A stretch of DNA of 62,445 bases, filler included, from Bilabrum cf. latius (taxonomy: Eukaryota), in NCBI GenBank assembly GCA_965178125.1. It is 4 parts of 4 records of this genome, joined end to end, with 100 filler letters (N's around TTAATTAATTAA, not from the genome) between each part and the next. Parts side by side here need not be neighbours in the genome. Positions count along the whole stretch, not along the records: positions 29,964 to 59,245 come from CBCXTV010000018.1; 3 more parts are not named here. The stretch is one strand, 5' to 3'. Of the stretch, positions 42,459 through 55,100 are shown piece by piece. A model generated the notes under the pieces. It made no database searches and was not told the origin of the DNA. It saw nothing but the letters and a program-made list of their open reading frames with translations. Made by a program: the position numbers and the translations under genes. Each line of letters opens with the position of its first letter. The first letter of the stretch is position 1.

Positions 42459-42613
42459 ATTCAGACGAAACGCGTTTTTATGGACAATATTAAGCGCCAG
42501 AATGGACAGTTTCGTCTGAATCGACCCTTTTTGCCCTTCACAATATGGGGGAACGGATTCAGACGTGGAGTTCACGAATTTTTCCGAATCGCTTCACAAT
42601 ATGGGGGAACGGA
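42459..42613. promoter_or_regulatory. Candidate rolling-circle origin/iteron region upstream of rep (copy 2 at ~57539-57693)
   Basis: 13-bp inverted repeat around TAATATT (minus strand) and two 22-bp direct repeats CTTCACAATATGGGGGAACGGA. Confidence 0.45.
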
Positions 42614-42824
42614 AAATCGCAAAAAGTGAGCAGTCTCATTTACCACGTTGTCAGGCGCTTTTTGGCTTTTTTCCCCTGATCTCGCGGGAGGGGGCGGGGG
42701 GGGGGGGGTCTGGGAGGGCCCCCGGGCCCGATTTGGCCGGAAATTGGCCGATTTATATAGGGCGCCTTATTAGGACCGCTAGGGGGAATTCGGAGGGGCC
42801 CAGAAACCCCGATTTTTGGGGCTG

Positions 42825-43140
42825 GCCCGGGCCCCGCCCGGGCCGGGGCCGGGGCCGGGCCGGGGCGGGCCGGGGCCCGGGCCGGGGCAGGGGCCGGGGG
42901 CCGGGGCCGGGGCCGGGGCCGGGGCCGGGGCCGGGCCGGGGCGGGCCGGGGGCCGCCGGGGGCCGGGGCCGGGGTCGGGGCCGGGGCCGGGGCCGGGGCC
43001 GGGCCGGGGCCGGGCCGGGGCCGGGGCCGGGGTCGGGGGCGGGCCGGGGCCGGGGCCGGGGCCGGGGCCGGGGCCGGGCCGGGGGCCGCGGGGCCGGGCC
43101 GGGGGCCGGGGCCGGGGCCGGGGCACGGGCCCGGGCCGGG
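42825..43140 (+). repeat. (GGGGCC)n G-rich tract (copy 2 at ~57905-58220)
   Basis: Direct reading. Confidence 0.9.
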
Positions 43141-43359
43141 GCTGGCCCAACCCATTCCGTCGGGCTTCCCCACTCGACCATTCTTGTCCGGCGTCAACAT
43201 GGCAACTTGGCTAAGCCCGCACTGCCCCCCCACATGCCTGAACGGAGGCCGCTGCGTCCTTTTCAAAGGCGCGCGAACGGCACGCCAACTCAGCCTGCGC
43301 GAGGCTAAATGCGGAAATCCCCCCAAAAAGCGCGGAACCGGCCGTCCCCTTCCTGTCGC

Positions 43360-43887
43360 CTACTCTTCGCGACGCTCGTCCTCCTGCAGTCCCATATCCA
43401 CATCCGCATCCGCGCGGCGCGCTTCCGAGGCTTCCGGCTCTGGGCTGTTCTCGCGCCGTTCCCCGTCCTCGGGCAAGTCGGCACGCCCTTCCGCGGGACG
43501 TTCCCTTTCGCCGGACGCACCGTCTGGCGCGGCTTTGGTCGCGGGCTCGGGCGCGGCCCCTGAGCTCTGGGACACGCTGCCTGGGGCAGCGTCGTCGTCG
43601 CCGGGGCCCCTGGCTCCCGAGGCGCTGCGCGCCGCTGCGTCTTTGCGCATAAGGAGGACCGCCACGAGATCCTCGGAGCTCATCAAGCGGGTGCGACGCC
43701 GCAGTCGCTGCTGCTTTTTCGTCGCGTTCCGAACGGCCCTGGAAAGTTCTTTCTTCTCCTGCCGCACGCGCGCTTGTTGCGCCCGCAAAGCCTCGATTTG
43801 CTCTTTCAAGGGATCCGAGGGCAGATGCTCAAAGACCGACGCTTTTGCCTCTTTCAAGGAGGCCGCGGCGGCGGGCGAGGACGCCAT
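43360..43887 (-). CDS. Basic coiled-coil hypothetical protein (175 aa; copy 2 ends at 58439)
   Basis: LKEQIEALRAQQARVRQEKKELSRAVRNATKKQQRLRRRTRLMSSEDLVAVLLMRK heptad pattern. Confidence 0.7.
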   Translation of the reverse strand: MASSPAAAASLKEAKASVFEHLPSDPLKEQIEALRAQQARVRQEKKELSRAVRNATKKQQRLRRRTRLMSSEDLVAVLLMRKDAAARSASGARGPGDDDAAPGSVSQSSGAAPEPATKAAPDGASGERERPAEGRADLPEDGERRENSPEPEASEARRADADVDMGLQEDERREE

Positions 43888-45872
43888 GGCCACAAGCGCA
43901 CGCCCACGGGGAAGGCAGGATGCCCGCGCGCACTCGGGGCGGGTCGAGCGACCGGGCCGGGCTCGGGGTCTGGCACAGCTGCATGCGAGGTGCTCCGGGT
44001 GCGGCCTCGCCAAGGCGCCGCGGCGGCGCTCGGCGCGACATCGCCGGGGCCCCTGGCTCCCGGTCGTGGCACCCGGGGGTGGCCGCCGACTGGAACATGC
44101 ACCAGCAGGCTTCGAAACAAGAGTTCGATGGGGATGTCCCTGCGGGCTGGGAATATGGCTTGCAGCTGCGCCAAGCTGGGAAGGCTTGCTGGTGCGGGCG
44201 CGAGGGGCGGAGACCCCAGGGCCGCGAGAAAGCGCCGCGAGGTGGGGGGCCCGTCGTGCAAGCCGCAGAGAGCGAAGGCCCTGGCCCAGGACCGAGAGCT
44301 GAGGACCCCGTTGAGGCTCATTCCCAGCACACCCAAAACGTCTCGCACCCCCAGCTCCGCCCGCCCCCTGCGCAACTGCAGCTCCACATACCGACCCCGA
44401 ATGTGCTGTTTCAAGGCCGCAAATACTGCGACATCCAAAGGCTGTAGCCATCGGGTCGCGGATGCTGGTATCAAATGGTAGCGCAAGCCTGCTGCAGCAA
44501 CGGTCTTCATGACCGCCGGTGCCGAGTGGACGGGGCATGCGTCAAGGCTGAAGATGAAGACCCTCCCATGGGCGACGGGTTTCAAACAGGCGGCCAGGAG
44601 CCGCACGATGTCGCAGAGCACAGCGGCATTTAGCCACGCCGACTTCCGGCGAATGAGGAAGACCCTGTCTTTCCGGCCGCGCACGAAGTCAGCCGCCACA
44701 CCCTGAGGCACAAGGCGGTCGTTGGCCACCAGAATCTGGGGGAGAAGAGGCTGTATTTCTGGAGTGTCGGTGACAAATGCGCAGAGGGAGAGACACCCAC
44801 GCTGAGCATTCAGGCTCACTTTCTGCTCCAACGCCGTTCCCCGGCCGCCGGGGCCGGGGAGCGCCACTGCGCCGCGAGGGGCGCCTGGATACAATCGAAT
44901 GGACGTTTCGTCCATGTTGATCCTGACGACGGCGGAGCCCGGCGGCCTCTGGGCGGACAGGAACGCGTCCCACTGGAAGCACGCCATGGCCTGTCCATAA
45001 ACGGCCCCCGGGCCGCCGCCCGGCCGCAAAACGGGGGACCGGAAATGGCCGCCAAATCGGGCCCGCCCTATTAAAACCCATACTAGGCGGCCGCCAAATG
45101 GCGGCCAGAATCGGGCCCCAGTTTTTTCCCGGGTCGGCCCCGGGGCCCGTTTCCAGGGACGCCCCCCCCGGGCCCCACGGAGCCCCCCCCGGGCCCTTTT
45201 GCATGGGCCGAGCCCTGGTGACACCGCAACGGCCTTCTCCCGCAACACGGTGGCGCCCAGAGCAGGCCCGGGACGGGCTGCTGCCCAGCGAATGCCCCAG
45301 CGCCGACGCCAGCGCCGCACCCACTGCCGCGCCCCTCTCGGGACTGTCGTCGCCGGCGCGGCCAACGCGGCATCGCCCCTCCAGGCCCCTGGCTCTGGAT
45401 GCTTCCAGCGAGCCCACACCTGGCTGTAGCTCGGCGTCAACCCCTGGGCCCGGTTGACGTCCGCGACCCATGCCGTCAGAGCCCGCTCGCGGCAATACTT
45501 TTCCGCTGCTTTTGCGGCTGCGGCGTTCGCCTCTGCGGCGGCCAGATCTGCCGGCGGCGGCTTGAGGCTCGGGGCGCCCCCTTCGCTGGATGATGCCGCC
45601 GCCGCGTCGGCGACGGAGCGACCCCCTGCGAGATAGGCCGCCGCAGCCTTCTCGCCATCCGCGCCGCCGACGCGGCGAGCAACGCAACTCGCCACTTCAG
45701 CCCGGCGCGGCTGCCTTTTCCGCTTGCCGGCCCCTCGACGGGCCTCGTCCGCCAACCGGCGGAGTTCTGACCGCACCGCCGCTGCATCAGCGGCGGCTTT
45801 CCGGCGCTGCTCTCGCAAGTGCGTCAGGCCGCCCGGCTTTGCCGGGCCAAGACGTGCAAGGTGGTCGGCCAT
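43854..45872 (-). CDS. Pogo/Fot-like DD35D (DDE_1) transposase with predicted GC-AG intron 44991-45233
   Basis: INMDETS, FSLDACPVH and IPASATRWLQPLDVAVFAALK, with 35 residues between the 2nd and 3rd Asp. Confidence 0.85.
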   Translation of the reverse strand: MADHLARLGPAKPGGLTHLREQRRKAAADAAAVRSELRRLADEARRGAGKRKRQPRRAEVASCVARRVGGADGEKAAAAYLAGGRSVADAAAASSSEGGAPSLKPPPADLAAAEANAAAAKAAEKYCRERALTAWVADVNRAQGLTPSYSQVWARWKHPEPGAWRGDAALAAPATTVPRGARQWVRRWRRRWGIRWAAARPGPALGATVLREKAVAVSPGLGPCKRARGGLRGARGGRPWKRAPGPTREKTGARFWPPFGGRLVWVLIGRARFGGHFRSPVLRPGGGPGAVYGQAMACFQWDAFLSAQRPPGSAVVRINMDETSIRLYPGAPRGAVALPGPGGRGTALEQKVSLNAQRGCLSLCAFVTDTPEIQPLLPQILVANDRLVPQGVAADFVRGRKDRVFLIRRKSAWLNAAVLCDIVRLLAACLKPVAHGRVFIFSLDACPVHSAPAVMKTVAAAGLRYHLIPASATRWLQPLDVAVFAALKQHIRGRYVELQLRRGRAELGVRDVLGVLGMSLNGVLSSRSWARAFALCGLHDGPPTSRRFLAALGSPPLAPAPASLPSLAQLQAIFPARRDIPIELLFRSLLVHVPVGGHPRVPRPGARGPGDVAPSAAAAPWRGRTRSTSHAAVPDPEPGPVARPAPSARGHPAFPVGVRLWPWRPRPPPRPP

Positions 45873-47049
45873 ATCCGAAAACGGGGTTCGAGGCAAGACG
45901 CCGGCGACTCAGTGGATGCCCTCGCCCGACCAGGGCCTGTCGAATGTAGTAGCCGGGATGCTTCCTGCGCCCAACCCCCTTTACCTGCCAGACACCCTTG
46001 TCATGGCTCCCGCACTGTCCACGGAAATGGGGAGGGGGCTTATGACTGTACCAGTGTCGAACCCCTGCGAACAGGGTTCCGCCTTTGACCCGTCATGGGG
46101 CTTGGGCCCGAAAGGGTCCCGGTCCCCGGCCCGCTGGCCCTGGGATACCTGGAGCCCCTGAGCTGCCTGTGCCGAGGCCCCTGGCTCTCGGGCGCCCCGC
46201 TCGTAAGAAAAGTGCTGGCCATGGCTTACCTGATCACATGATCACTTGGGCTCGCACAAGCTCGGGGGCAGGGGGCGGGCGGGGGGGGGGGCATGACGGA
46301 GGCCTCGCGGCGAGTTGGGGGTGGGTCGGAAGGAGTCCATGCCATTGCGCGGTCCGCTCTCAGGGCTTTTCGCCGCCCGGGCGTTCCACGCAGAAGCGCC
46401 CTTCGGCGCGCAGGCGGAGTCTGCGGGGCGGGGCGGCGGCGGCCCGCCGAGCGGCGGCGCCTCCGCAGGCGGAGCCGCCGGGGTCGGCGGGCAAGGGGGC
46501 GCTCGGAAGCGTCGAGCGCCCCAAAGTTGCAGGAGCTCGCGGGCAACCGCGATGCTCGGTGTTGCCATGACTACTGTACCTGAGATGCGAGTGCCTGCGT
46601 TCCTGGGCTGCACCCCGGTGAACAGACCAGGCCCCTGGCTCTGGCGACCCCACCCCCTCCAGCCCCAAAACTTCTCGGCCATGGACTGCCCTCGTGCCCA
46701 TGACCCTGACGCCCGCCAGCCCGGCCGACCACCCGTCCCGCCGTCCAGCCGGCCACACCGCCACACCGGCCCCTCTGCCTGCCCGCCCGCCCGCTCTCCT
46801 GCCCGGCCGCCCAGCCACCCTCTCGCGTCCGACTCCCTTTACCAGGACAAAACGTCCCCGGAGCACGCTTGAGGGGCGACCCGGTTCCAAGGCCCAATCC
46901 CGGTTCCAAGGCCCAATGCTGACAGACAGGGTGCTGCTGATGCCTCCCTCGTGTTGCTGCTGGCGCTGGCCCCTGGCTCAGCCGCTCGCGGCAGCCCTCG
47001 CGGAAGCTGCTGGCGCTGGCCCCTGGCTTCCCCTGCCCCGCGCCGGCCC

Positions 47050-49121
47050 TCAGTCGTCGGCGCCGTCGGCGTCGTCCACCACGCAGTTGTCGTACCAGTC
47101 GTCGCCAAGGAAGTGCGACCAAACTTCGTAGTTGAACATCTGGCGCAGGGCCAACGTCATGGGGGGGAAACTCAGGGAGGCACTCTGCTCCACCTCCACT
47201 GGTTTGTACCACGCTGTGTCCCAGTCCTTGGAGCTGTCTCGGGTGTGCGGGGGGGGGGGATGCCGAGGGGGGCGATCTGGCCGGAAAGATCAACCTGATG
47301 AGCCCCGGGGCCTCGGGCCTTTTCCGGGTCTTTCCCTCTTTTTTTCGCCGCCGGTCCTTGGCGCCGGGGTCTTGCGAGAACCGCCGACGGCAGTACATCC
47401 GCACTGCCTGCCGTCGCTTCCGACGGGCCCCATCTGTCGCCCACCTGTCGCCCTCGGGCACGTCCTCCCAGAGCGGCGTGGTCGCGAAGACTTCTGCGAG
47501 GCGCGTGATGGGACACGGCCTGCAACCTCTCTGGAGCCTGAAACCGTCGGGGTCGAACCTAACCCCCGCTAGCCCCGCCGCCGGATCCTCGTCGACGTCC
47601 CCCCTGTTTTTTCTTCTTCCGGGGCCTCTGGCTCCCGGATCTCGAGGAGGCCGCTGCCTCAGCCCGAGGGGCCTGCCGCCAGTACGCGGCCTCCTGCTGC
47701 TGGGTAAGCTTCGGGCCTACCCACTGGCCCCAGTAGTCCAGCCACCAGCGGTTCCACAACCGCTGCTGCCACACTGGGTCATGCCAGTGTGTGGGGGGCG
47801 ATTCGGTGACCCAATGGAGATTCGGCGCGTTCAAGTCGAGCTTGCAAATCCATTCGGGACCCCCTGAGGACCGGGGGAGGCCCAAATACGGTTGCCCGAA
47901 CGTGCTGCAACGCACTCCGATGCCCTTCTCGCAGCCGGAGACATGGGCTCTCGAATGAGCCCACCCAAGCGACGGGTACAAGAAGCAACTGCCGACACTT
48001 TCGTCGGGCGTTTTGGCAGCGTCCATCAGGAACCATTGCCTCAACAAGAGGTCACAATGCTCCGGCTTTCTGCCGCTGGAGCCACGGCAAGTACTCGCGG
48101 GCGAATGCTGGCGTGAACAGGACCATCATGGATCCATGTGGACGGCTGCTGCCTCTTCGGCCCTTGCCTGTGCGACCGTCCCAAGAGGCCCAAATCATGT
48201 TACCGCGGGCATGTCTGTCGGCCTCCGTGGCCATGTGCACAAGGTCAATGAGCTCTGGGCTGGGACGAGTCTCCGGGAAATCGGGCGACCAACCGAAGAA
48301 AGTTCTCCCCTTCCCGCGGGTCTCCGGCCCTGGCTCGAAGCACCGGACGCGGCAGTCTCCGGGGGGGTGGGGCTTCCGGGGCTCGACAGAGGAGGAGCCC
48401 CGGGCTTCAGAGGCCCCGGCGGGCGGGGGGGGAGGGGCCGTTCCGGCCGGCGTGGGCTGGTGGGCCAAGAGCTTCTGCATGAGAGTCTTGGGGGGTCTGG
48501 ACCCCTCGTCTTCCGCGTCGGGAATGCTTTCGACTTCGTCGCACCAATCAGGGGGAGTCACTTCCCCCGGTTTTTTCTCGGGCTCCTCTTGCGGTGGCTC
48601 CTGGCTCTCCGTCGCGCCGGCTGCGGAGGCCCCTGGCTCTCCGTCCGCCAGCCCGGCCTTCTCCGCGGCCTCGGCGCGGATGAGGTCGAGGAAGGACTCG
48701 TAGCCCGCCTCCTGCCAGTTCGCGCCCTGCTTCGCGAAGCAGTCCCTTTCGTAGATGCGCATGTCCGCCTCGCAGAAGATGAAGAGCGTGTCACTTGGGT
48801 ATCGCGGGTCGAGGACATACGGCAACATGACGTCCTGTGATGTGGGCGGGCGGCCGGGTGTGAGCGGGCATGTGTGGCGTGGGGGGACAGGCGGGCTGGC
48901 GGCTGGGAGCGGGCAAGAGGGTGTGGGCGGGGCGGGCTACGTTTTCGTCAATGGTCCCTCCAGAAGTAGAAGCCGGCTTCTCGCGGCTGGCACTTCGGCT
49001 CCCTCTTCGCGCACCTCCCCAGCATCTCCAACGCCACGCACGGACGCAGTCGGATGCTGTGGTAGGGCAGCTGCGCCTCGGCCTGCTCGTCCTCGTTGGG
49101 TGAGGACGATGACCTGATCAT
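47050..49121 (-). CDS. GT25-like spliced protein, copy 2 (several indels)
   Basis: Copy of 31974-34088. Confidence 0.45.
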
Positions 49122-52100
49122 GGCCGAAATGGGGGAGGGGGGTTGAGCTACACTGTGGGCTTTGGAGTCGCTCCGTCGCGACGCTCTTCGCGGAGGCCCC
49201 TGGCTCTCCGGCTCACTAGCGCCGCAAAGGCCCGGCATCCCCCTCCCGCGCCCGCCCCCCCGACCCCACCGTTTTCCCCCCCGACCCGCCCTCCCCAAAG
49301 CGGAGGCCCCTGGCTCTCCGGCTCCAAGCCTGAACTGAGGAGACCCCCGCCAGTGTTTGACACGAGCCAACCTGTACGGGTCGGCCCTCGATCACTCTCA
49401 ATCCCTTGGGGCCGTCAAAGCGGATGGGCTTCGCACTGAGGATCTCCCGAGCGTATTCGACAGCGGCCCGCTGGAACTCCCGCGCCCGGAGATCCCGCTT
49501 GTACTCCCGCTCGCGGACCGTCGGGCCCAAGTCGTCCGCTGTCGTCGCGAGCTGGGACCGGGCATCCGCGTCGCGCTCCGCCGCTGCCGCCACCCACCTC
49601 CCGAAGCTGTCACCTGTGTTCCCCCGCGCGTCTCCTCCTGGTGGCGCTCGTAGACGCCGGCGACCCAGGAGTCGCTCCCCCCCTTCGGGCCCCCCTTTGC
49701 CGCGGCCCTTTCGCCCCATCACAGCGGGCACGAGCGCGCTTGCACGAGTTCGCTGGGGGAAAAGCCTCGCGCACGTTTGAGGCTGGAGGCTGAGGTACGG
49801 GATGTCTGCACCGCGCCTGTTTGGCGGAGCTCCTGGCTCCCCCGGCAGCCAGGGCCCCTGGCTCCTGGCATGCCGGATGCTAGCCCATGCCCATCCTCAC
49901 GCTGTGCGCGCACTTCGAGACAATTCAAGGCCCGAGAAGGCCGTTGTGGCGATTCTGCGATCGAAGCGTGGGCCGTGACTCAAACCGCTTCCCAACCACC
50001 ATGACCGCCGGCAAAACTCCTGGGAATGCAACAAGCCAAGGGGAACATCGGACATGTGGCGTTTGTGGTCCAAGCCACCCCTCCCCAACAATAAAAACAA
50101 CTGGGTCCCGCCACCGGTCTCGGCTTTCCTCGTCCACTCAAACTGCCCCGACCCTCCCCCCCCCCCCCCCCCCCCCCGAAGCTGCGAATGGCTAGTCGGA
50201 TGGTCTTGGTCGATCGGCGGTCGTGCGGGGCACGAACTCTTCCAGCCATCATTCCACTGAGGAAGCCCCGCCCTGCTCAGGCGGAGGCAAATGCTCCAAA
50301 GCACCGTTGTCCGACATGTCTGGGGGCGCGCTGCAACCAACAACACCGGCATGGAATGACTCTGGCGTGCTCGCATGTTGGCAGAACTGCGACTGTTGCT
50401 AGTGGTGTGTCGCTCGCGCAGGCCTCCCGGGCCCCTGGCTCCGGGTAGTGCCAGCGCCTAAAGTTACATACCAAGGTTGCTGTCCTCTGCGGCCCCTGGC
50501 GGATTCCCCGGCTCCCGGCCCTCGCGGCCGCTGGCCCTGCGCTCCTGGCTGGCCCCCGGGCCCCGGTCACTTCACCGCCCCCCGGCCCCCGCAGGGACCG
50601 CCCCCATGCACCACCACCCAGGCCCGGGCCTGGCCGCGGACCTGTTTAACCGGCCCGACAGCGGCAGACGAACCAGCGGGCCAAAAGATGAATCCAATAA
50701 GTCAGGTAAAACCTTTTGGTCCGCCGGCTTCGCGACCCCCTTCCGGCAAATTGGGCCCGGAAAAGAAGGGCATGGACCGGCCCAGAGCCGGAATCCCTCC
50801 CTCCCCCCCCCCCCCCCCTTTTCGCCTCGGCCCTGGACCCCGATTCGGAAAGCTCAAGCACGGACGGCTGGAAGCAAGCTGACGGAGATTTGATGCCCGG
50901 AAAGAGCGACCCCGACGCCGGGCCCGGGGCCCCGACCCCGGGGCCGGGACCCCGGGCCCGCTCCGCGTCGCCAGACAAGGCGCAAACAGTGCTGAAATCC
51001 CTCGCCTTCCGAGCCGAGCCCGCCCCTGGGGCAGCCCTCGGGTGAATCCGTCCGCCCCCCCGCGGCATGGATACCGCATCTGGCAGGGCCATACGCCCCC
51101 TCCCCCCGACCGCTTGGAGCACGCGCGCGATCGCGCGAGGTGGACGGCTTTCCCGGTCGATGCTCTCCCCAACATGGAACTCCCACATGCTGCTAAAAAA
51201 GGAAGCGCCAGCAAAAGAAACGGCTGTACAAGAAGTGCGCGAACCCATGGAACTGTACGAGTCGCAACGCGACCGAGGCCCAGGCTCTCAAAAGCGGGCC
51301 CGTCGGTGAGATGTGGGCAGCGAGGACCCTGTCTCTCGCATCCAAACGCCGCCCATGCCTACAACCAACGACCCGGCATGCCGCTACAAATCCGGGCCCC
51401 TGGCTCCGGAGAAAAAGGAAAGCTGTGCGGCGGGAAGCAAGCGCGCCTTAGGGAAGCGGGGCAACTTCCCTGGGATCCAAATCGATCGGCTGGCCGACGC
51501 TGACCACGATCACCTCAAAAATCCTGTCTTCCTCCGGGGCCCAAACATCAGGCACAATCCTGAGCTGCATCGTCCAATGCCCCTCCTCGTAGTTCACGTG
51601 GAGCACTGTGACCGAGGCACGCTGCATGAGCTGTTCAATCAGCATAATGTCAGCCCTGGAATGAGGAGGCGGCCACGGCATGCTTGCGAGCGATCCGACT
51701 GCAAACGGGCACGGCGGGCACGAGCGCGCTGGCACGAAGTCGCTGGGGGAGGGCTCGAGGACACTTGAGGTAGGAGGCTGAGGTACGGGACATATGCACC
51801 GCCCCTGCTGTGCGGATAGGCGCGGCGCGGCCGAGGCCACTGTCGCTCACCTGCGGGACCCTCGGCGAGCTGCGAGCAGCGCGGACCCTGTCTCACGCAT
51901 CCGAACGCCGCCCGCGGGCCCAACCACCGACCCCGCCATGCCGCGACAAATCCGGGCCCCTGGCCCCGGAGACCTAGGAAACCTGTGCGTCGGGAAGCAA
52001 GAGCGCCTCAGGGACGGGGCGAGTCCTCCCAGTCCGGCCCGTCGCTGTCGCCCCTTTGGTAGAGGCCCAGGAGGACAACTCCTATGACCCTTGCATTTCC

Positions 52101-55100
52101 CGGCCATTCGCCCGGGAAGCGCATCAGCACCTCCATACGCCAGTGCGGCTCATCCCAGGACAAGCGAGGCACCTGCAGCGGGCGACCCTGAAACAACGAC
52201 TCAAGAGCCCAAACATCGGCCGGCCGGGTCGGATCCCGCACTGGCGGTTTATCATGCGCTGTGTGCTCGCCGCCCGGCGCTTGCCGCCTCCCTCACTCGT
52301 TCAACCACTCGCCGGAGCTTCATATCATCCCTGAGACCGCTAGTACTGGCACTGGCGCCCGCTCGCCGGCACTGCGCGGCGGCCACAGACGAAGCCCACA
52401 GCAAGCCCGCATGAGCAGAAGCACCATGCGAAGCAACAACACAACATCGCCAGGGCTGCGAGGAGCAACATGTCGCCCGGGGAAGCTTGGTGTGCGAGCT
52501 CTCCCATGCTGGCGCCTCAGACGGGACGGAAGACCAGAACCAAAAATGGCTGGGAGGTCCGCCCTCTGGTCCGGCCCCGGGCCTGGCCGCGGGCCAGTTT
52601 TCGCGGCCGGAATCTGGCCGCGAAACCGGCGGACCAAAAGGTGAGACCCAACAGTCGGGTATCACCTTTTGGTCCGCCGGTTTGGCGGCCGTTTTCCGGC
52701 CGCCAAATTGGGCCCAGAAACGGAGCCCATGGACCGGCCCAGTTCGGGACTCTTTTCCGGCCCCCGTTCTGGCCTCGGCCGCAACCCCGATGCGGAAAGC
52801 CGGGGTCCGCGACCCCGACACCGGGCCCGGGGCCCCGCCGCCGGGGTCCGCGACCCCGACACCGGGCCCGGGGCCCCGCCGCCGGGCCCCAGACCCCGGC
52901 CCGGTTCCGCGCCGCCCCAGAAGGTGAGCCTGTGATGCATTCCCGTGGCTCTCCGAGCCGAGCCGGCCCTGGGGCCCCTCATGTAGCAAGATTATCGACC
53001 ATGGGCCCTTTGCTAATCATATGGCATGGCCATCCCGCCCCCTCGCCTCGCCGCCTGGAGCACGACGCGCGCGCGGCTCGCCACATGGCGGTTTTCCCGT
53101 CGATGCGCTCCCCCACATCCAATTCCACATGCGGCGACATGCATGACACACAAACAAGAGAAGCTGCTATACACCGAGTATGCGTGCCGATGCTCCTGTA
53201 CAGAGGCGCGGCGCGGCCGAGGCCACTGTCGCTCACCTCCGGGCCCCTCGGCGAGCTGCGAGCAGCGCGGACCCTGTCTCACGCATCCGAACGCCGCCCG
53301 CGGCTCGAACCACCGACCCGCCATGCCGCGACAAATCCGGGCCCCTGGCACCGGAGACCAAGGAACCCTGTGCGTCGGGAAGCAAGAGCGCCTCAGGGAC
53401 GAGGCGATTCCTCCCAGTCCGGCCCGTCGCTGTCGCCCCTTTGGTAGATGCCCAGAAGGACAACTCCAATGACCCCTGCATTTCCCCGCCATTCGCCCAG
53501 GAAGCGCATCAGCACCTCCATACGCCAGTGCGGCTCATCCCAGGACGAGCGAGGCACCTGCAGCGGGCCACCCTGAAACAACGACTCAAGAGCCCAAACA
53601 TCCGCCGGCCGGGTCGGAGGCGGGAACGGCTTGGCTACGAGCGCCCCGAACGCAAGGGGCACACCGGGCCACGCACGCGTTCCCAGGGAGCTCGCCGGCG
53701 AGCTGTCAAAAGCACACTTGGGGCCGAAGGCTGCCGTACGGGACGCTGGTACCCGCGCGTCCAGGGCCCCTGGCTCCTGGCTGGCCGTGCGTCCAGGGGC
53801 CCCTGGCTCCTGGCTGGCCGTGCGTCCAGGGCCCCTGGCTCCTGGCTGATGCGACCCGCGCCGGGCCACATCAGGGCCACTGGAGGCCGCTGCGGAGATT
53901 GTGCTCTCGGAGAGTCGCACCCTGCGTCAACGAGCAACCCCAACCACCACAGCAAGCGCTGGCAAAACTCCAGGGACTCGAGGACGCCTATGGGCACCTT
54001 GGCATTCGGGAACTGTCGATCCAGCCACAAAAAAACTCGGGCCCGCTGACGATCTGCGCTTTCCTCGTTCACACGCAGCTGCCCCGACCCCCGCAGTAGC
54101 AGCGAACGGCATGGTCAAGAGGTCCGTCTTGATCGTTCCCGGCGGGCGCTGGCGCTTCCATTGCTCATACAACTGTAGACCCCCCGCCCCGCTCAGGCGG
54201 AGGAAATGCTCAGATGCCTGCTTGTCCGCCATGCTGGGGCCCGCGCTGCGGACCATACAATTTGCGACGAGGACAAAGCATGGCGCGCGCGCACGGTCGC
54301 ACGAGTGCGACGCCAGGCAAGATTCTGAGGCGCGCGAGGAACTCCCGGGCCCCTGGCTCCGGGAGGGCCTGCGCCAACCCCCCCTTCACACTGACATACA
54401 AACGTTGCTCTCCCCTGTGACACCTGGCGGATTCCCTAGCTCCGGGCCCTGGCGCCCGGCGGCCTTGTGCCCCTTGCTGCCCCCCCCGGCCCCGTTCACT
54501 CCAGCGCCCCGGCCCCGCCCGGCCCGCCCCACGCTCCGGCCCCGGGCCTGGCCGCGGGCCCGTTTAGGCAGCCGGTAAACGGCCGCGAAACGGCCGGGCC
54601 AAAAGGTGAAACCCAGGTAATCGGGTATCGCCTTTCGGCCCGCCGGTTTCGCGGCCATTTTCCGGCAATATGGTCCCAGGTACTATAGTCATGAACAGGC
54701 CCGCTTGCGGACTCTCCTCCGCCCACCCATTCTTCGCCACGGCCTCGACTCCGATGCGAAAAGCCAATGCCGGGCCGGCTGGAAGCACTCCGTCGGGAAC
54801 TCGACGCCCGCGTCCCGGACCCCGACGCCGGGCCCGAGCCCCGGACCCCAGGGCCGCGACCCCGAGCCCGCTCCGGAGTGTGCCCAAAAGTGCACCTGTG
54901 AGGAATTCCCGTCGTCATCCGAGCCAATCCCATCCCTGGGACACTCATGGGGCAAGCCGCTCGAGCATTAGACGCTTGGAAACCCATCTCACCGGCCATC
55001 CGCCCCCCATCCCCGCCGTCGTCTGGAGCACAACTCGCGCGACGCGCACGACAGCGCGCGCTTTCCCCCGTCGATGGGCTCCCCTACATCGAACTCCCCA

